A DNA stretch of 59,121 nt, the filler included. It is 5 parts of 5 records of this genome, joined end to end, with 100 filler letters (N's around TTAATTAATTAA, not from the genome) between each part and the next. Parts side by side here need not be neighbours in the genome. Positions count along the whole stretch, not along the records: positions 15,315 to 25,000 come from SRR31156797_2616; positions 25,101 to 41,232 come from SRR31156797_2618; 3 more parts are not named here. The stretch is one strand, 5' to 3'. Position 1 is the stretch's first letter, and every line of letters starts with the position of its first letter. Positions 18,392-27,211 of the stretch are shown here, piece after piece. A program made the position numbers and the translations under genes. The notes under the pieces are model-generated. The model did no database searches. It was not told the origin of the DNA and saw nothing but the letters and a program-made list of their open reading frames with translations.

Positions 18392-18479
18392 TGTTAACGC
18401 TCAGCATAACCGGCTGGGTAAAGGCGCAGAGCGAAGCGGCGCGTCTTTACCCAGTCCGAGTCATGCTGTTGTTATCTCA
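18392..18479 (-). mobile_element. integron attC recombination site
   Basis: Minus strand: TGAGATAAC-aacagcatgacTcggActgggtaaagacgc-gccgcttcgctct-gcgcctttacccagccggttatgctgagc-GTTAACA. It shows R'' and R' cores and a long imperfect stem with two unpaired bases (18455, 18459), and it lies just after the stop at 18488. Confidence 0.85.
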
Positions 18480-18487
18480 TCATTATG

Positions 18488-19417
18488 TTAATTTTCGATG
18501 TCCGACATTAGGATTTCAGAAGTACCATCTTCCTTTTTTATAAGAATTCTATTATTAAGACCGCAATACTTTGCCCCTGTATTAACAGCATTGGCAAGTA
18601 ATTTTATACCCCACGAATCTTTTATTGATGAATTTGAAGTGAATTGACCCGAAAAATCACTTACTACTTTGAACTTTGAAATATCTTTTTCAGAGGCAAC
18701 CTGATTCACAATCTGAGAAAGCATTCTAAAAAAAATATCATAAAATTTTGATTGATGGTCAGCATTTAATTTGAAATTACCTTTGAAAGATTTGGCTTCC
18801 TTTAATGGACTATTTGTATGGTACTTTTCAGGTACTCGAATTAAGTTAACCCCCATAGATTTTTGATTAATGTTCTCTTGATCAAGCTCAATCCAAGATT
18901 TTAGTATGTTTTTTGTTTGAACAGTCCATTTTTGATTTTCTAACTTTGACAATTTAAATTTTAAAATAGCTGGCCCTAAAGATATCTTAAGATCGCCTTC
19001 CTTTTGATCAATTTCAAATATATTTGCTGAAGTTTCCATTGAAAGAGTTATAGAAGAAATTTTTTCATTAAAAAAACACGATGATAAAACCAATGTTTGA
19101 AAGATTTCAACACTGCTATTTTTTTTGTCAATGTAACATATTATGAAAGGGTATTTATGCGAAAGTAGCCACTCCACAGATTTTTCATCTTTGTATATTA
19201 TGTCATTCTTGTTACTTTTTATTTAAACAAAGTAATAATTTTCGATATGAAGTCGCTGACCGAGTCTTTCTCCTAAAGTACAATATAAATCAATTCCAGA
19301 ATCCTCTGGGTGTGGAACAGGAGTAGACGTTCCGAATGCAGAGAAAATATATTGTGCAAGATATTCAGACCTAGTGCCTTCATGAAAATTTGGAGCTATT
19401 GAACCTGTAGCACTCAT
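18488..19417 (-). pseudogene. PD-(D/E)xK / DUF4365-like nuclease gene interrupted by an in-frame TAA
   Basis: ORFs 19223-19438 and 18488-19177 are in the same frame and read EDSGIDLYC...YYFV*IKS. The TAA at 19225-19223 sits where the Q (CAA) of a QxK motif is expected. Confidence 0.72.
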
Positions 19418-19429
19418 ATATACCTTTTG

Positions 19430-19448
19430 AGATAACACGATGTTGAAC
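19430..19448 (-). mobile_element. attI-like simple site
   Basis: Minus strand GTTCAAC-atcgt-GTTATCT: an inverse core (RYYYAAC), a 5-nt spacer and a core. GTTATCTCA is the exact complement of the R'' TGAGATAAC in this cassette's own attC. Confidence 0.6.
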
Positions 19449-19705
19449 AGTTTTTTTTCTGAAGATCATGTTGCTGCTGCTGCATGATATCCAGAAGGAT
19501 TATGTGTTTTTTCACCCATAAGCATAACTTATTTTTGATACAGCAGGATAAAAAAGATAGCAAGTTTTTTAACATTTATTTTTATTTAGGGATGGAGAAT
19601 TTCCCCTTCTTTCCATCCCTTTTAGGAGCTTGATATGTCTGAAGTCAAGAATTGAAGAGTTGAGAGAAAAAAGTGTTTGACATTGATGTTGAAGATTTGC
19701 GACAG

Positions 19706-19722
19706 TGTCACCACTGGTGACA
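19706..19722. promoter_or_regulatory. TetR operator palindrome, copy 1
   Basis: TGTCACCA-C-TGGTGACA, downstream of TTGACA (19677-19682) and upstream of tetR. Confidence 0.8.
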
Positions 19723-19747
19723 AACACAAACAACCTTGGGAGGAGCC

Positions 19748-20365
19748 ATGAACAAAGGTCTGTCTGCCACGGACAAGAAAGAGATGACGAAACAGAAGTT
19801 GGTTGATGCTGTGGGCAGGATTTTAGCCAAAGAGGGATTCAAGGGTCTTGGCGTGAACAAGATTGCCCGGGAAGCAGGCGTGGACAAGGTGCTTGTCTAT
19901 CGTTATTTCGGGGGATTGCCCGAGCTTGTCCTGGCCTACAGCCAGACCGGGGATTTCTGGCCCACCAGGGAGGAGCTGATCGGGGAAGACCTTGAGCTCC
20001 TGAAACAGATGCCCTTTGACCGGCAGATGGCTGAATTCTTCAAGCGTTTTCTCCGGGCCATCCGGAAACGCCCCCAGACCCAGGAGATCCTTGCCTGGGA
20101 GATGCTGGAGCGGAACGAGCTGACAAAGCAGCTGGAACAGGTGCGGATCAAAACCATTCTTGAGTATTTTGAATGCTTTGACAACCTGCCGGACACCATT
20201 GACCTGTCCGCCATCGTGGTTCTCATGGCAGGGGCGGTCAATTATCTGATCATCAAGTCGCGGATCCACACCACGGTGGGCGGAATCGACCTCACGTCCA
20301 ACCGGGGATGGGAACGGATGGAAACCGGGATCGATCTTCTCTTAAAAGGCATTTTTGACAACTGA
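19748..20365 (+). CDS. TetR/AcrR family transcriptional regulator
   Basis: GFKGLGVNKIAREAGVDKVLVYRYFG HTH; ATG at 19748 after GGAGGAG. Confidence 0.93.
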   Translation: MNKGLSATDKKEMTKQKLVDAVGRILAKEGFKGLGVNKIAREAGVDKVLVYRYFGGLPELVLAYSQTGDFWPTREELIGEDLELLKQMPFDRQMAEFFKRFLRAIRKRPQTQEILAWEMLERNELTKQLEQVRIKTILEYFECFDNLPDTIDLSAIVVLMAGAVNYLIIKSRIHTTVGGIDLTSNRGWERMETGIDLLLKGIFDN

Positions 20366-20381
20366 TTTTTTTTACCCGAAA

Positions 20382-20398
20382 AGTCACCACTGGTGACT
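20382..20398. promoter_or_regulatory. TetR operator palindrome, copy 2
   Basis: AGTCACCA-C-TGGTGACT; the 15-bp core GTCACCACTGGTGAC is identical to copy 1. Confidence 0.8.
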
Positions 20399-20433
20399 CT
20401 TAACGATATCATAAACAAAAGGATTATACGGCC

Positions 20434-20874
20434 ATGGAAAACAACCACCCTGCCCTGGACTATTTTACCAAAGGATACTCATGCTCCGAGGCCATTGCCG
20501 CAGCCTATGCCAAAAAACTCGGCCTTGACCTGGAAACCGCTGTCAAGATTGCCACAGGATTCAGCGGCGGCATGGCCCAGGGCAAAACCTGCGGCGCCGT
20601 CACCGGGGCCTTCATGGTCCTGGGCCTTAGGGCAGGTTCGGGCGTTATTGGGGATGCCTATTCCAGGGACAGGGTGTATCTGCTTGTCCAGGAATTCAGC
20701 CAGCGGTTTACAGAGCGTTGCGGAGGGACCCGTTGCAGTGACCTGCTGGCCATCAACGGCATTGACATGAACAATCCCGGGCAGATGAGAACCCTTCGGC
20801 AGACCGGTCCCTGTGCTGAGATGGTGAAGGCGGCAGCCGGGATTTTAGACGAGTTGTGTGAAGAGGAACTCTGA
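20434..20874 (+). CDS. C-GCAxxG-C-C family putative redox-active protein
   Basis: GYSCSEA, GFSGGM..GKTCGAVTGA, TRCSDLL and PCAEMV: four conserved Cys positions. Confidence 0.88.
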   Translation: MENNHPALDYFTKGYSCSEAIAAAYAKKLGLDLETAVKIATGFSGGMAQGKTCGAVTGAFMVLGLRAGSGVIGDAYSRDRVYLLVQEFSQRFTERCGGTRCSDLLAINGIDMNNPGQMRTLRQTGPCAEMVKAAAGILDELCEEEL

Positions 20875-20890
20875 ACGGCTTTAGCGATAG

Positions 20891-20932
20891 GGATATGCCG
20901 TTGGCAAACTTGCGGATTGGCATATCCTTTTT
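20891..20932 (+). terminator. probable intrinsic terminator
   Basis: GGATATGCC / GGCATATCC stem followed by TTTTT; the loop is large. Confidence 0.5.
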
Positions 20933-20972
20933 GTGCCAGGCGAACCAAGTTGCTGAAAAATGCCTTGACAAT

Positions 20973-20994
20973 TTATTTGATAGTATCCAGTATT
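20973..20994. promoter_or_regulatory. candidate MarR operator, copy 1 (overlaps the TTGACA promoter at 20965-20970)
   Basis: TTATTTGATAGTATCCAGTATT, 19/22 identical to 21459-21480. Confidence 0.65.
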
Positions 20995-21020
20995 AACAAA
21001 AACAAATAAGAGGATAAGGA

Positions 21021-21440
21021 ATGCCGGATAAATTACTGTTCATGTTGTCAAAGGTACAACACGCCGTGACAACTCACTTGAGAAAGGAATTGAAAAAAGA
21101 AGGCATTGCATTGTCCCCCGGGCAGATGGGCATCCTGCTGGCCCTTGAAAGGGACAGGCAGACCACCATGGGAGAACTGAGCCAGACGGTTGAGGTGGAC
21201 AATGCCGCGGCTTCCAGGCTGGTGGATAAGCTGGAACGGGAAAATATGGTTGAGCGGTATATCGATCCCGGTGACCGGCGCAAGGTGATTATCGCCATGA
21301 CCCGGGAGGGATTGGAGAAAGCCGGTATCGTTAAAAAAATCGCCCAGGCCGCCAACGATAGAATCAAAGAAGGGTTCAGCGACAAGGAGATTGCCATATA
21401 CAAACAAGTGGGGCTGGCAATTGTTGAGAAATTCAAATGA
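21021..21440 (+). CDS. MarR family transcriptional regulator
   Basis: LSPGQMGIL, TMGELS, ASRLVDKLE, DPGDRRKV..MTREG. Confidence 0.93.
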   Translation: MPDKLLFMLSKVQHAVTTHLRKELKKEGIALSPGQMGILLALERDRQTTMGELSQTVEVDNAAASRLVDKLERENMVERYIDPGDRRKVIIAMTREGLEKAGIVKKIAQAANDRIKEGFSDKEIAIYKQVGLAIVEKFK

Positions 21441-21458
21441 AGCATTTTTTTTGCGTTA

Positions 21459-21480
21459 TTATTTGACAGCATCAAGTATT
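21459..21480. promoter_or_regulatory. candidate MarR operator, copy 2
   Basis: TTATTTGACAGCATCAAGTATT, containing the imperfect palindrome TATTTGA-N5-TCAAGTA, upstream of the hotdog-fold gene. Confidence 0.65.
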
Positions 21481-21507
21481 GTTGTCAACAAATAAGGGGA
21501 GGGGTGT

Positions 21508-21972
21508 ATGAATCGGATAATGAAAGTGTATCAAACATGTGTCGGGTTACCGTTTGGCAAGACGCTTTTTTCAAAGCTTATTTGTTTTAATGCGCCTTAT
21601 TTTGGGAGTATCAAACCCCGTTTTCTGGAATTGAGACCGGGGTATTGCGAAATTCTGCTGAGGAAAAAACGGGCGGTGACCAATCATCTCAAATCGGTCC
21701 ATGCCATTGCCATGTGCAATGTCAGTGAACTGGCGGCAGGATGCATGCTTGAGGCCAGCATCCCGGGGACCATGCGGTGGATTCCCAAGGGCATGGAGGT
21801 CTCGTATTTAAAAATCGCCAGAACGGATTTGAAGGCGGTGTGCGAAATACAGCTTGAAGAGCTTAACCAGCCCGGGGAGTTCCCCATGACGGTTCATGTA
21901 ACGGATAAAAACGGGATAGAGGTGTTCCGCGCTGTCATTACCATGCATCTGTCGTTAAAGAAAAAACAATAA
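21508..21972 (+). CDS. hotdog-fold / PaaI-like thioesterase (DUF4442-like)
   Basis: APYFGSIKP, NHLKSVHAIAMCN, RWIPKGM..YLKIA motifs. Confidence 0.8.
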   Translation: MNRIMKVYQTCVGLPFGKTLFSKLICFNAPYFGSIKPRFLELRPGYCEILLRKKRAVTNHLKSVHAIAMCNVSELAAGCMLEASIPGTMRWIPKGMEVSYLKIARTDLKAVCEIQLEELNQPGEFPMTVHVTDKNGIEVFRAVITMHLSLKKKQ

Positions 21973-21982
21973 TTCGATGTCC

Positions 21983-22015
21983 GGGCAAAAGCGCCGGCGT
22001 CATGCGCTTTTGCCC
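21983..22015. terminator. hairpin between convergent genes
   Basis: GGGCAAAAGCGC / GCGCTTTTGCCC 12-bp stem. Confidence 0.65.
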
Positions 22016-22045
22016 CTTTGGTGCATGATTTGGCTGTGGTCCGGC

Positions 22046-22873
22046 CTAGGGGGCGGCGTTTTCTTCCACCCGGTCAAGCCATTCGGTAAGGAGATTGGCA
22101 AACAGGGCTTCCTGCTCGATCTGCAGATTGTGCCCCGCACGGTCCAGCATGGCAAAGGTGGCCCGGGGGTAGTTTTTGAGCACGCCCAGGGCATCCTGAC
22201 TGCCGACCACAGCGTCCTGGCGGCCTGTCATGATCAATGTCGGCGCCTCAAAGGGGGTTGGCAGGGAGTCGACATCAAAGGAGAACGAATACCCCTCATT
22301 GGCAAATTTGTTCAGGAATGGCTGGTCGGCAATATCACAGCCCACCTGGATTTCGTTTTGTGTCCGTTCCCATGCATGTTGGGTCAGGACCACGGATGTG
22401 GACTCGAATACCTCTCTTTCATCCTTTTCCAGGGTTGACAGGAAAGGTTCCTCCCGGACCAGGGGGGCATGGTCCGGCACGGTTCTTTTCCTGTGCTCGG
22501 GAATAATTACCGGGCAGAGCAGAAAAAGCCCGTCTATGGCGTCGGGTCTGTCGCGAACGAGGCCCCTTGCCAGATAACCGCCATAGGATTGTCCGAAAAG
22601 AACGAAATTTTCATCGGGTATGATCTGGTCTATGAATTGAGAGACAATATCCAGCATGATATCGCAATTGGAAATACACGGCTTTGATTGACTCTTTCCC
22701 ATGCCCGGCAGGTCAAAATAGATTCGCTTCCATCCACTCAGATTTTCAAAGACCGGCTCCATACATCCGGTAATGGCATGATGATCAATACCAAAACCGT
22801 GAATAAAGATGATGGGCTTCCCCTCTCCGAAAATGTTGTAATGAATTTTTATATCCCTTACCAGACAATCCAT
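22046..22873 (-). CDS. alpha/beta-fold hydrolase
   Basis: IHGFG, DLPGMGKS, nucleophile GQSYGG, GRQD, AGHNL; start placed at MDCLVR (22873). Confidence 0.9.
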   Translation of the reverse strand: MDCLVRDIKIHYNIFGEGKPIIFIHGFGIDHHAITGCMEPVFENLSGWKRIYFDLPGMGKSQSKPCISNCDIMLDIVSQFIDQIIPDENFVLFGQSYGGYLARGLVRDRPDAIDGLFLLCPVIIPEHRKRTVPDHAPLVREEPFLSTLEKDEREVFESTSVVLTQHAWERTQNEIQVGCDIADQPFLNKFANEGYSFSFDVDSLPTPFEAPTLIMTGRQDAVVGSQDALGVLKNYPRATFAMLDRAGHNLQIEQEALFANLLTEWLDRVEENAAP

Positions 22874-23012
22874 TTTGTTCCCTTTACTTGATTTAACACA
22901 TAACTTCTTTATCAGCCACGGACTGATTATGGGGCCCCTTGCCATGAAACGGCCAATTTAAGCCCCCTACCAACTGCTTCCATGGGCCGATGCATGACCC
23001 AAAAATAACAAA

Positions 23013-23084
23013 CAGCGCTTTAATCGGTCTTACGCATATGATTCAGTTTTGAATCATATGCGTAAAACAGATTAAAAAGCACTG
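23013..23084. repeat. long intergenic inverted repeat
   Basis: Perfect 16-bp arms TTACGCATATGATTCA (23030-23045) / TGAATCATATGCGTAA (23050-23065) with a 4-nt loop, extending imperfectly to about 70 bp. Confidence 0.85.
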
Positions 23085-23240
23085 GCAAAGAGTGTATATC
23101 AACAAGAATGAGGCCTGTAAAGGGATACTCGGAATGAATTGATCCCGGTACCGGCCAAGATTTTTTTCGAAGCTCTTTACACACCCCCATGTCCACTATA
23201 GATTGGGGTATGCATGCAACCAGGGAGGGGAAAAAACGCC

Positions 23241-24011
23241 ATGGATAAAAAGATCAGGACCATTGCTGAAAAAATCGTTAATTCCCGGCAGTTTGTGGTT
23301 TTCACGGGGGCCGGAATTTCAACGGAGAGCGGCATCCCCGATTACCGGGGAAAAAACGGAGTATGGGAGACCCGGAAGCCGGTGTTTTTTGATGCGTTCA
23401 TGGGCTCGAAAAAGGAGCGGATCCGTTACTGGCAGCAGAAAACGGCGTTCAACAAGAGCCTTATGTCCACCGGGCCCAACAAAGGGCATCGGGCCCTTGC
23501 CTCCCTTTACAGGCAGGGATACCTCCACACCCTGATCACCCAGAACATCGACGGACTGCACCAGGAGTCGGGCATTCCCGACGAGGCCATCATAGAACTC
23601 CACGGCAATACCCGGCGGGTAAGGTGCATGACCTGCTCAAAGACCATCCCCTTTGCCGAGGCAGAGGCCATGATCGAAAACGGGGATCCCGCGCCCTGCT
23701 GCCCCTGCGGCGGCTATTACAAACCGGACACCGTCTCCTTTGGCCAGGCAATGCCGGAACAGGAGACAGAGCGGGCGTTCCGCCTGTCCTCCACTGCGGA
23801 CCTGTTCATGGTGGTGGGATCGACCCTCGTGGTGCAGCCCGCGGCGCTCATGCCCGGATATGCAAAGCAGAACGGGGCCTTTCTCGTGATCATCAACCTC
23901 ACGGAGACCCCCTACGACCAATCCTGCGATATCCTCATCAATGCCGGTGCGGGAGATCTCCTCGAAACCATTGCGGCGGAAACATCCATGCACGGCCCAC
24001 GGGACAGGTAG
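23241..24011 (+). CDS. cobB: NAD-dependent protein deacylase (Sir2/CobB family)
   Basis: GAGISTESGIPDYRG, TQNIDGLHQ, ELHG, CxxC..CxC zinc motif, VGSTLVVQPAA. Confidence 0.92.
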   Translation: MDKKIRTIAEKIVNSRQFVVFTGAGISTESGIPDYRGKNGVWETRKPVFFDAFMGSKKERIRYWQQKTAFNKSLMSTGPNKGHRALASLYRQGYLHTLITQNIDGLHQESGIPDEAIIELHGNTRRVRCMTCSKTIPFAEAEAMIENGDPAPCCPCGGYYKPDTVSFGQAMPEQETERAFRLSSTADLFMVVGSTLVVQPAALMPGYAKQNGAFLVIINLTETPYDQSCDILINAGAGDLLETIAAETSMHGPRDR

Positions 24012-24086
24012 ACGGGGGGACCCATGGCATAACGGTTGAGTACCTTGGCAAAAGCTGAATTGATACGGGGATGGGGAGTTCCGACT

Positions 24087-25000
24087 ATGGGAGTGCTTGA
24101 GAACAAGGGTGAAATTTCTTTTTACAATCGGTGTGGTAAGTTTCTTGAAACAGCATTTTCAAATAAAATACGGCTTTTTTACTATACGATAATCGCGTGT
24201 CAATATTTTGCTATCACCCTGACGGCATCCAACAGTGCGGTATTTTATCTCACAAGGGGAATATCAATCGATTGGCTGGCGTATTTAGGAACCTTTTCAG
24301 CCCTGGCCATAGTTATTTTCGAATTTCCGACTGGATTGATTTCAGACAGGTTCGGCAGTGCCGTTTCAATCGTAATATCCATGGCGCTAAGGGGAGGGGC
24401 TGCACTGGCGGTGGCTGTTTGTTACGGGCCTGCCATGTTTTGCTTGATAACTGTAGTATCCTCAATTGGCTCGACCTTTTATTCGGGAGCTGCGGAAGCA
24501 TGGATTTTCAACAAAGACAAATCCATAAAAGAAGACATGACGGATTTTTTTTCCAACGTATTTGTCATTACGGGGGGAGCCAGGATTATCGGGGGATTGA
24601 CAGGGGCGTTACTGGCTTCCCGAATACCCGAAATACCCTTTATGGTTTCCGGCCTGATGTTGTTGCTGCTGTCTGTTATTTTTATTTTATTTGAACTGGG
24701 TTTAACCGGAGAGAAATCAAAAGACCTGACAAAAACAACGAATTCCTTTTTCTATGTTTTGTGTAACGATGCAAAAGACACGATGATGTTGATTTACAAC
24801 AACAAACGTTTGTTTCACATGAGTATAAGCTGTGTGTGTTTCATTATTTTCTGTGGCATCCCATTGATCTACTGGCAACCTTTTTTCCATGAGACAACAG
24901 GTTCCGTGGGCTCACTGGGTTTAATCTGGGCCGGTTTCACAGGCATGAATATATTCGGCAGTTTTATTCTGAAATCACCTTTTATGAGAAACGTAAAAGA
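24087..25000 (+). CDS. MFS transporter (3'-truncated by the contig end)
   Basis: FEFPTGLISDRFG motif A, FYSGAAEAW and multiple TM segments; start uncertain. Confidence 0.8.
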
Positions 25001-25100
25001 NNNNNNNNNNNNNNNNNNNNNNNNNNNNNNNNNNNNNNNNNNNNTTAATTAATTAANNNNNNNNNNNNNNNNNNNNNNNNNNNNNNNNNNNNNNNNNNNN
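25001..25100. other. artificial contig-joining linker
   Basis: 44 N + TTAATTAATTAA + 44 N. Confidence 0.98.
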
Positions 25101-25274
25101 CTTGCCGCAGCCCGACTCCCCCACCAGGCCGATGGTCTCGCCCCGGAAGATATCCAGATCCACGCCGTCCACGGCCTTCACATGGCCCACGGTCTTCTTA
25201 AACACTCCCTTCTTGACGGGAAAATGGGTCTTTACGCCTCTCAGTTTCAGGAGGACATCTCTGTTCTTATCCAT
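25101..25274 (-). CDS. oligopeptide-type ABC ATPase OppF/DppF-like (3'-truncated)
   Basis: [30 protein letters not shown]. Confidence 0.88.
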
Positions 25275-26272
25275 TATTTGACAACCTCCTTCCAGTTCCA
25301 GCAGCGCACCCGCTGCTCCCCGTCGACCGTAGTTTCATCGGGCATGCGGTCGCAGGCCTCCGTGCGGAAATCGCAGCGGGGAGCGAACTGACAGCCCTTG
25401 GGGCGATCGAAGGGATCGGGCGTATTGCCGCGGATGGGCTCGATCTCCTGCTCCTTGCCCTTACCCAGGATGGGGATGGACTCCAGCAGGGCCTTGGTAT
25501 AGGGATGGGCGGGATGACGCAGGACCTGGTCCTTTGTGCCTCCCTCCACGATATTTCCCATGTACATGACCACTACGTCATCGGCCATCTCGGCCACCAC
25601 GCCCATATCGTGTGTGATCATCATAACGGCGGTTTCGTTCTCTTCTTTGAGCTTGTCCATCAGCTCGAAGATCTGGGCCTGTATGGTCACGTCCAGCGCC
25701 GTTGTCGGCTCGTCGGCGATCAGCACCTTGGGATCGCAGCTCATGGCCATGGCGATCATGGCCCTCTGACGCATGCCTCCGGAAAACTGATGGGGGTACT
25801 CAGCAAAGCGCTGCTCCGGCAGGGGGATGCCCATCTGCTTCAGGAGTTCGATGGAGCGCTCCTTCGCCTCCCTGCGGCTCATCTTCGTATGGCAGAGCAG
25901 ATTCTCCATAATCTGGAAGCCCACGGTGTAGACCGGATTGAGGGCGGTCATGGGATCCTGAAAGATCATGGAGATATCCCCTCCCCGGAGCTGCCTCATA
26001 ACCTTTCCGTTCCGGGGCTGAGCGTCTATGCGAACGGGCCCTTTGTCTGAGTGGTAGACGATGGAGCTGTCCTCTATCCGGCTCAGGGTGGGGAGGAGCT
26101 GCATGATGGAGGAGGCGGTCACGCTCTTGCCGCAGCCCGACTCGCCCACCACGCAGAGGGTTCTCCCCTTCTTCACCGAGAAGGAGACTCCGTTCACCGC
26201 CTTGTTGCAGCGGTTATTGGTATAGAAAAAGGTCTTCAGATCCTTTACTTCGATAATTACATCATCTTTCAT
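25274..26272 (-). CDS. oligopeptide-type ABC ATPase OppD/DppD-like
   Basis: [51 protein letters not shown]. Confidence 0.95.
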   Translation of the reverse strand: MKDDVIIEVKDLKTFFYTNNRCNKAVNGVSFSVKKGRTLCVVGESGCGKSVTASSIMQLLPTLSRIEDSSIVYHSDKGPVRIDAQPRNGKVMRQLRGGDISMIFQDPMTALNPVYTVGFQIMENLLCHTKMSRREAKERSIELLKQMGIPLPEQRFAEYPHQFSGGMRQRAMIAMAMSCDPKVLIADEPTTALDVTIQAQIFELMDKLKEENETAVMMITHDMGVVAEMADDVVVMYMGNIVEGGTKDQVLRHPAHPYTKALLESIPILGKGKEQEIEPIRGNTPDPFDRPKGCQFAPRCDFRTEACDRMPDETTVDGEQRVRCWNWKEVVK

Positions 26273-26287
26273 TGCATCATCCTTTCC

Positions 26288-27202
26288 TCATCCCTGCTGA
26301 GAGGGGTCGGTGCTGTCCCGCAGGCCGTCTCCGATCAGGTTGACGCTGAGGACGAAGAGAGAGATCACGATCCCCACGGGAAGCCATATCCACCAGTTAT
26401 CCTTGAGAACCGTGATATCCTGGGCCACATTGAGGATGTTTCCCCATGTGGGGATATTCAGAGGAACCCCCAGCCCCAGAAAGCTCAACGAGGTCTCCTG
26501 AAGGATAAACATGGCCGTGCTGAGGGTGATGTTTACCATGATGGGGCCGAAGGCGTTGGGCAGCATATGCTTGTAACAGATCATCAGATCGTTAAGGCCG
26601 AAGGCCCTGAGGGCCTGGACGTACTCCTCTTCCCGTATGGAGAGCATTCTGGCTCTGGTCTGCCGGTAGATTCCTCCCCAGCCGGAGAGCATAAAGATAA
26701 AGATCAGATTCCAGACGCTCGGCCCCACGATGGAAACCAGCAGCAGGACCAATATGATCCGGGGAAAGGACATCAGCATCTCCGAGATCCTCATCGCCAG
26801 CATATCCAGCTTGCCGCCCTTGTAGCCGGCGTAGCAGCCCACGCCCACGCCGATCAGGGCGGAGCCGAGGGCCGATCCGAGGCCGACGAGGATGGAGATC
26901 CGTCCGCCGTAAAGGATCCGGGCGTAAACGTCCCGTCCCGTCTTGTCCGTTCCGAACAGATGCTCCGACGAGGGAGCCTGCAGCCTGTTGATCACGTCCA
27001 CCTTCATGGGATCGTGACGGGTGAACAGGGGGGCGAATACGGTGGCTATCATGATCAGGGTGAAGATAACCAGTCCGACCACCGCCAGGCGGTTGGACAG
27101 GAACTTCTTCAGGCTCCGGTTCATCGTATCGTGCTTCAGCTTGCCCGCCTCTTCAAGAGCCCGGAGGCGGTCCATCTTTCTATCCAGTTTTGATTTTCCC
27201 AT
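26288..27202 (-). CDS. ABC permease OppC/DppC-like
   Basis: HLFGTDKTGRD, HMLPN, LSFLGLG, GDGLRD. Confidence 0.93.
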   Translation of the reverse strand: MGKSKLDRKMDRLRALEEAGKLKHDTMNRSLKKFLSNRLAVVGLVIFTLIMIATVFAPLFTRHDPMKVDVINRLQAPSSEHLFGTDKTGRDVYARILYGGRISILVGLGSALGSALIGVGVGCYAGYKGGKLDMLAMRISEMLMSFPRIILVLLLVSIVGPSVWNLIFIFMLSGWGGIYRQTRARMLSIREEEYVQALRAFGLNDLMICYKHMLPNAFGPIMVNITLSTAMFILQETSLSFLGLGVPLNIPTWGNILNVAQDITVLKDNWWIWLPVGIVISLFVLSVNLIGDGLRDSTDPSQQG

Positions 27203-27211
27203 ATACTCTTC

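Larger units (their letters stand above)
16828..19448 (-). mobile_element. integron-type gene cassette array lacking an adjacent integrase (CALIN-like)
   Basis: AT-rich block of co-oriented ORFs with one intact attC, an attI-like simple site at its 5' end and GTT core remnants at the other junctions; no intI on this contig. Confidence 0.7.

Noticed and set aside
18324-18407. N-terminal extension of the transpeptidase-like ORF in the ORF track
   Set aside because: The start at 18407 lies within the attC, whereas ATG 18323 has a clear AGGAG RBS.
20434-20874. Selenoprotein version of the C-GCAxxG-C-C protein
   Set aside because: All conserved positions are Cys codons and there is no in-frame TGA before the stop.
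23241-24011. Sir2 protein as an anti-phage (Thoeris/DSR-type) NADase
   Set aside because: It has the complete zinc-binding, CobB-like deacylase motif set, a normal length and no defence partner genes.
25101-26151. Near-identical ~26-nt repeat at 25101-25126 and 26126-26151
   Set aside because: It encodes the shared Walker A segment (VGESGCGK) of the paralogous OppF/OppD ATPases.
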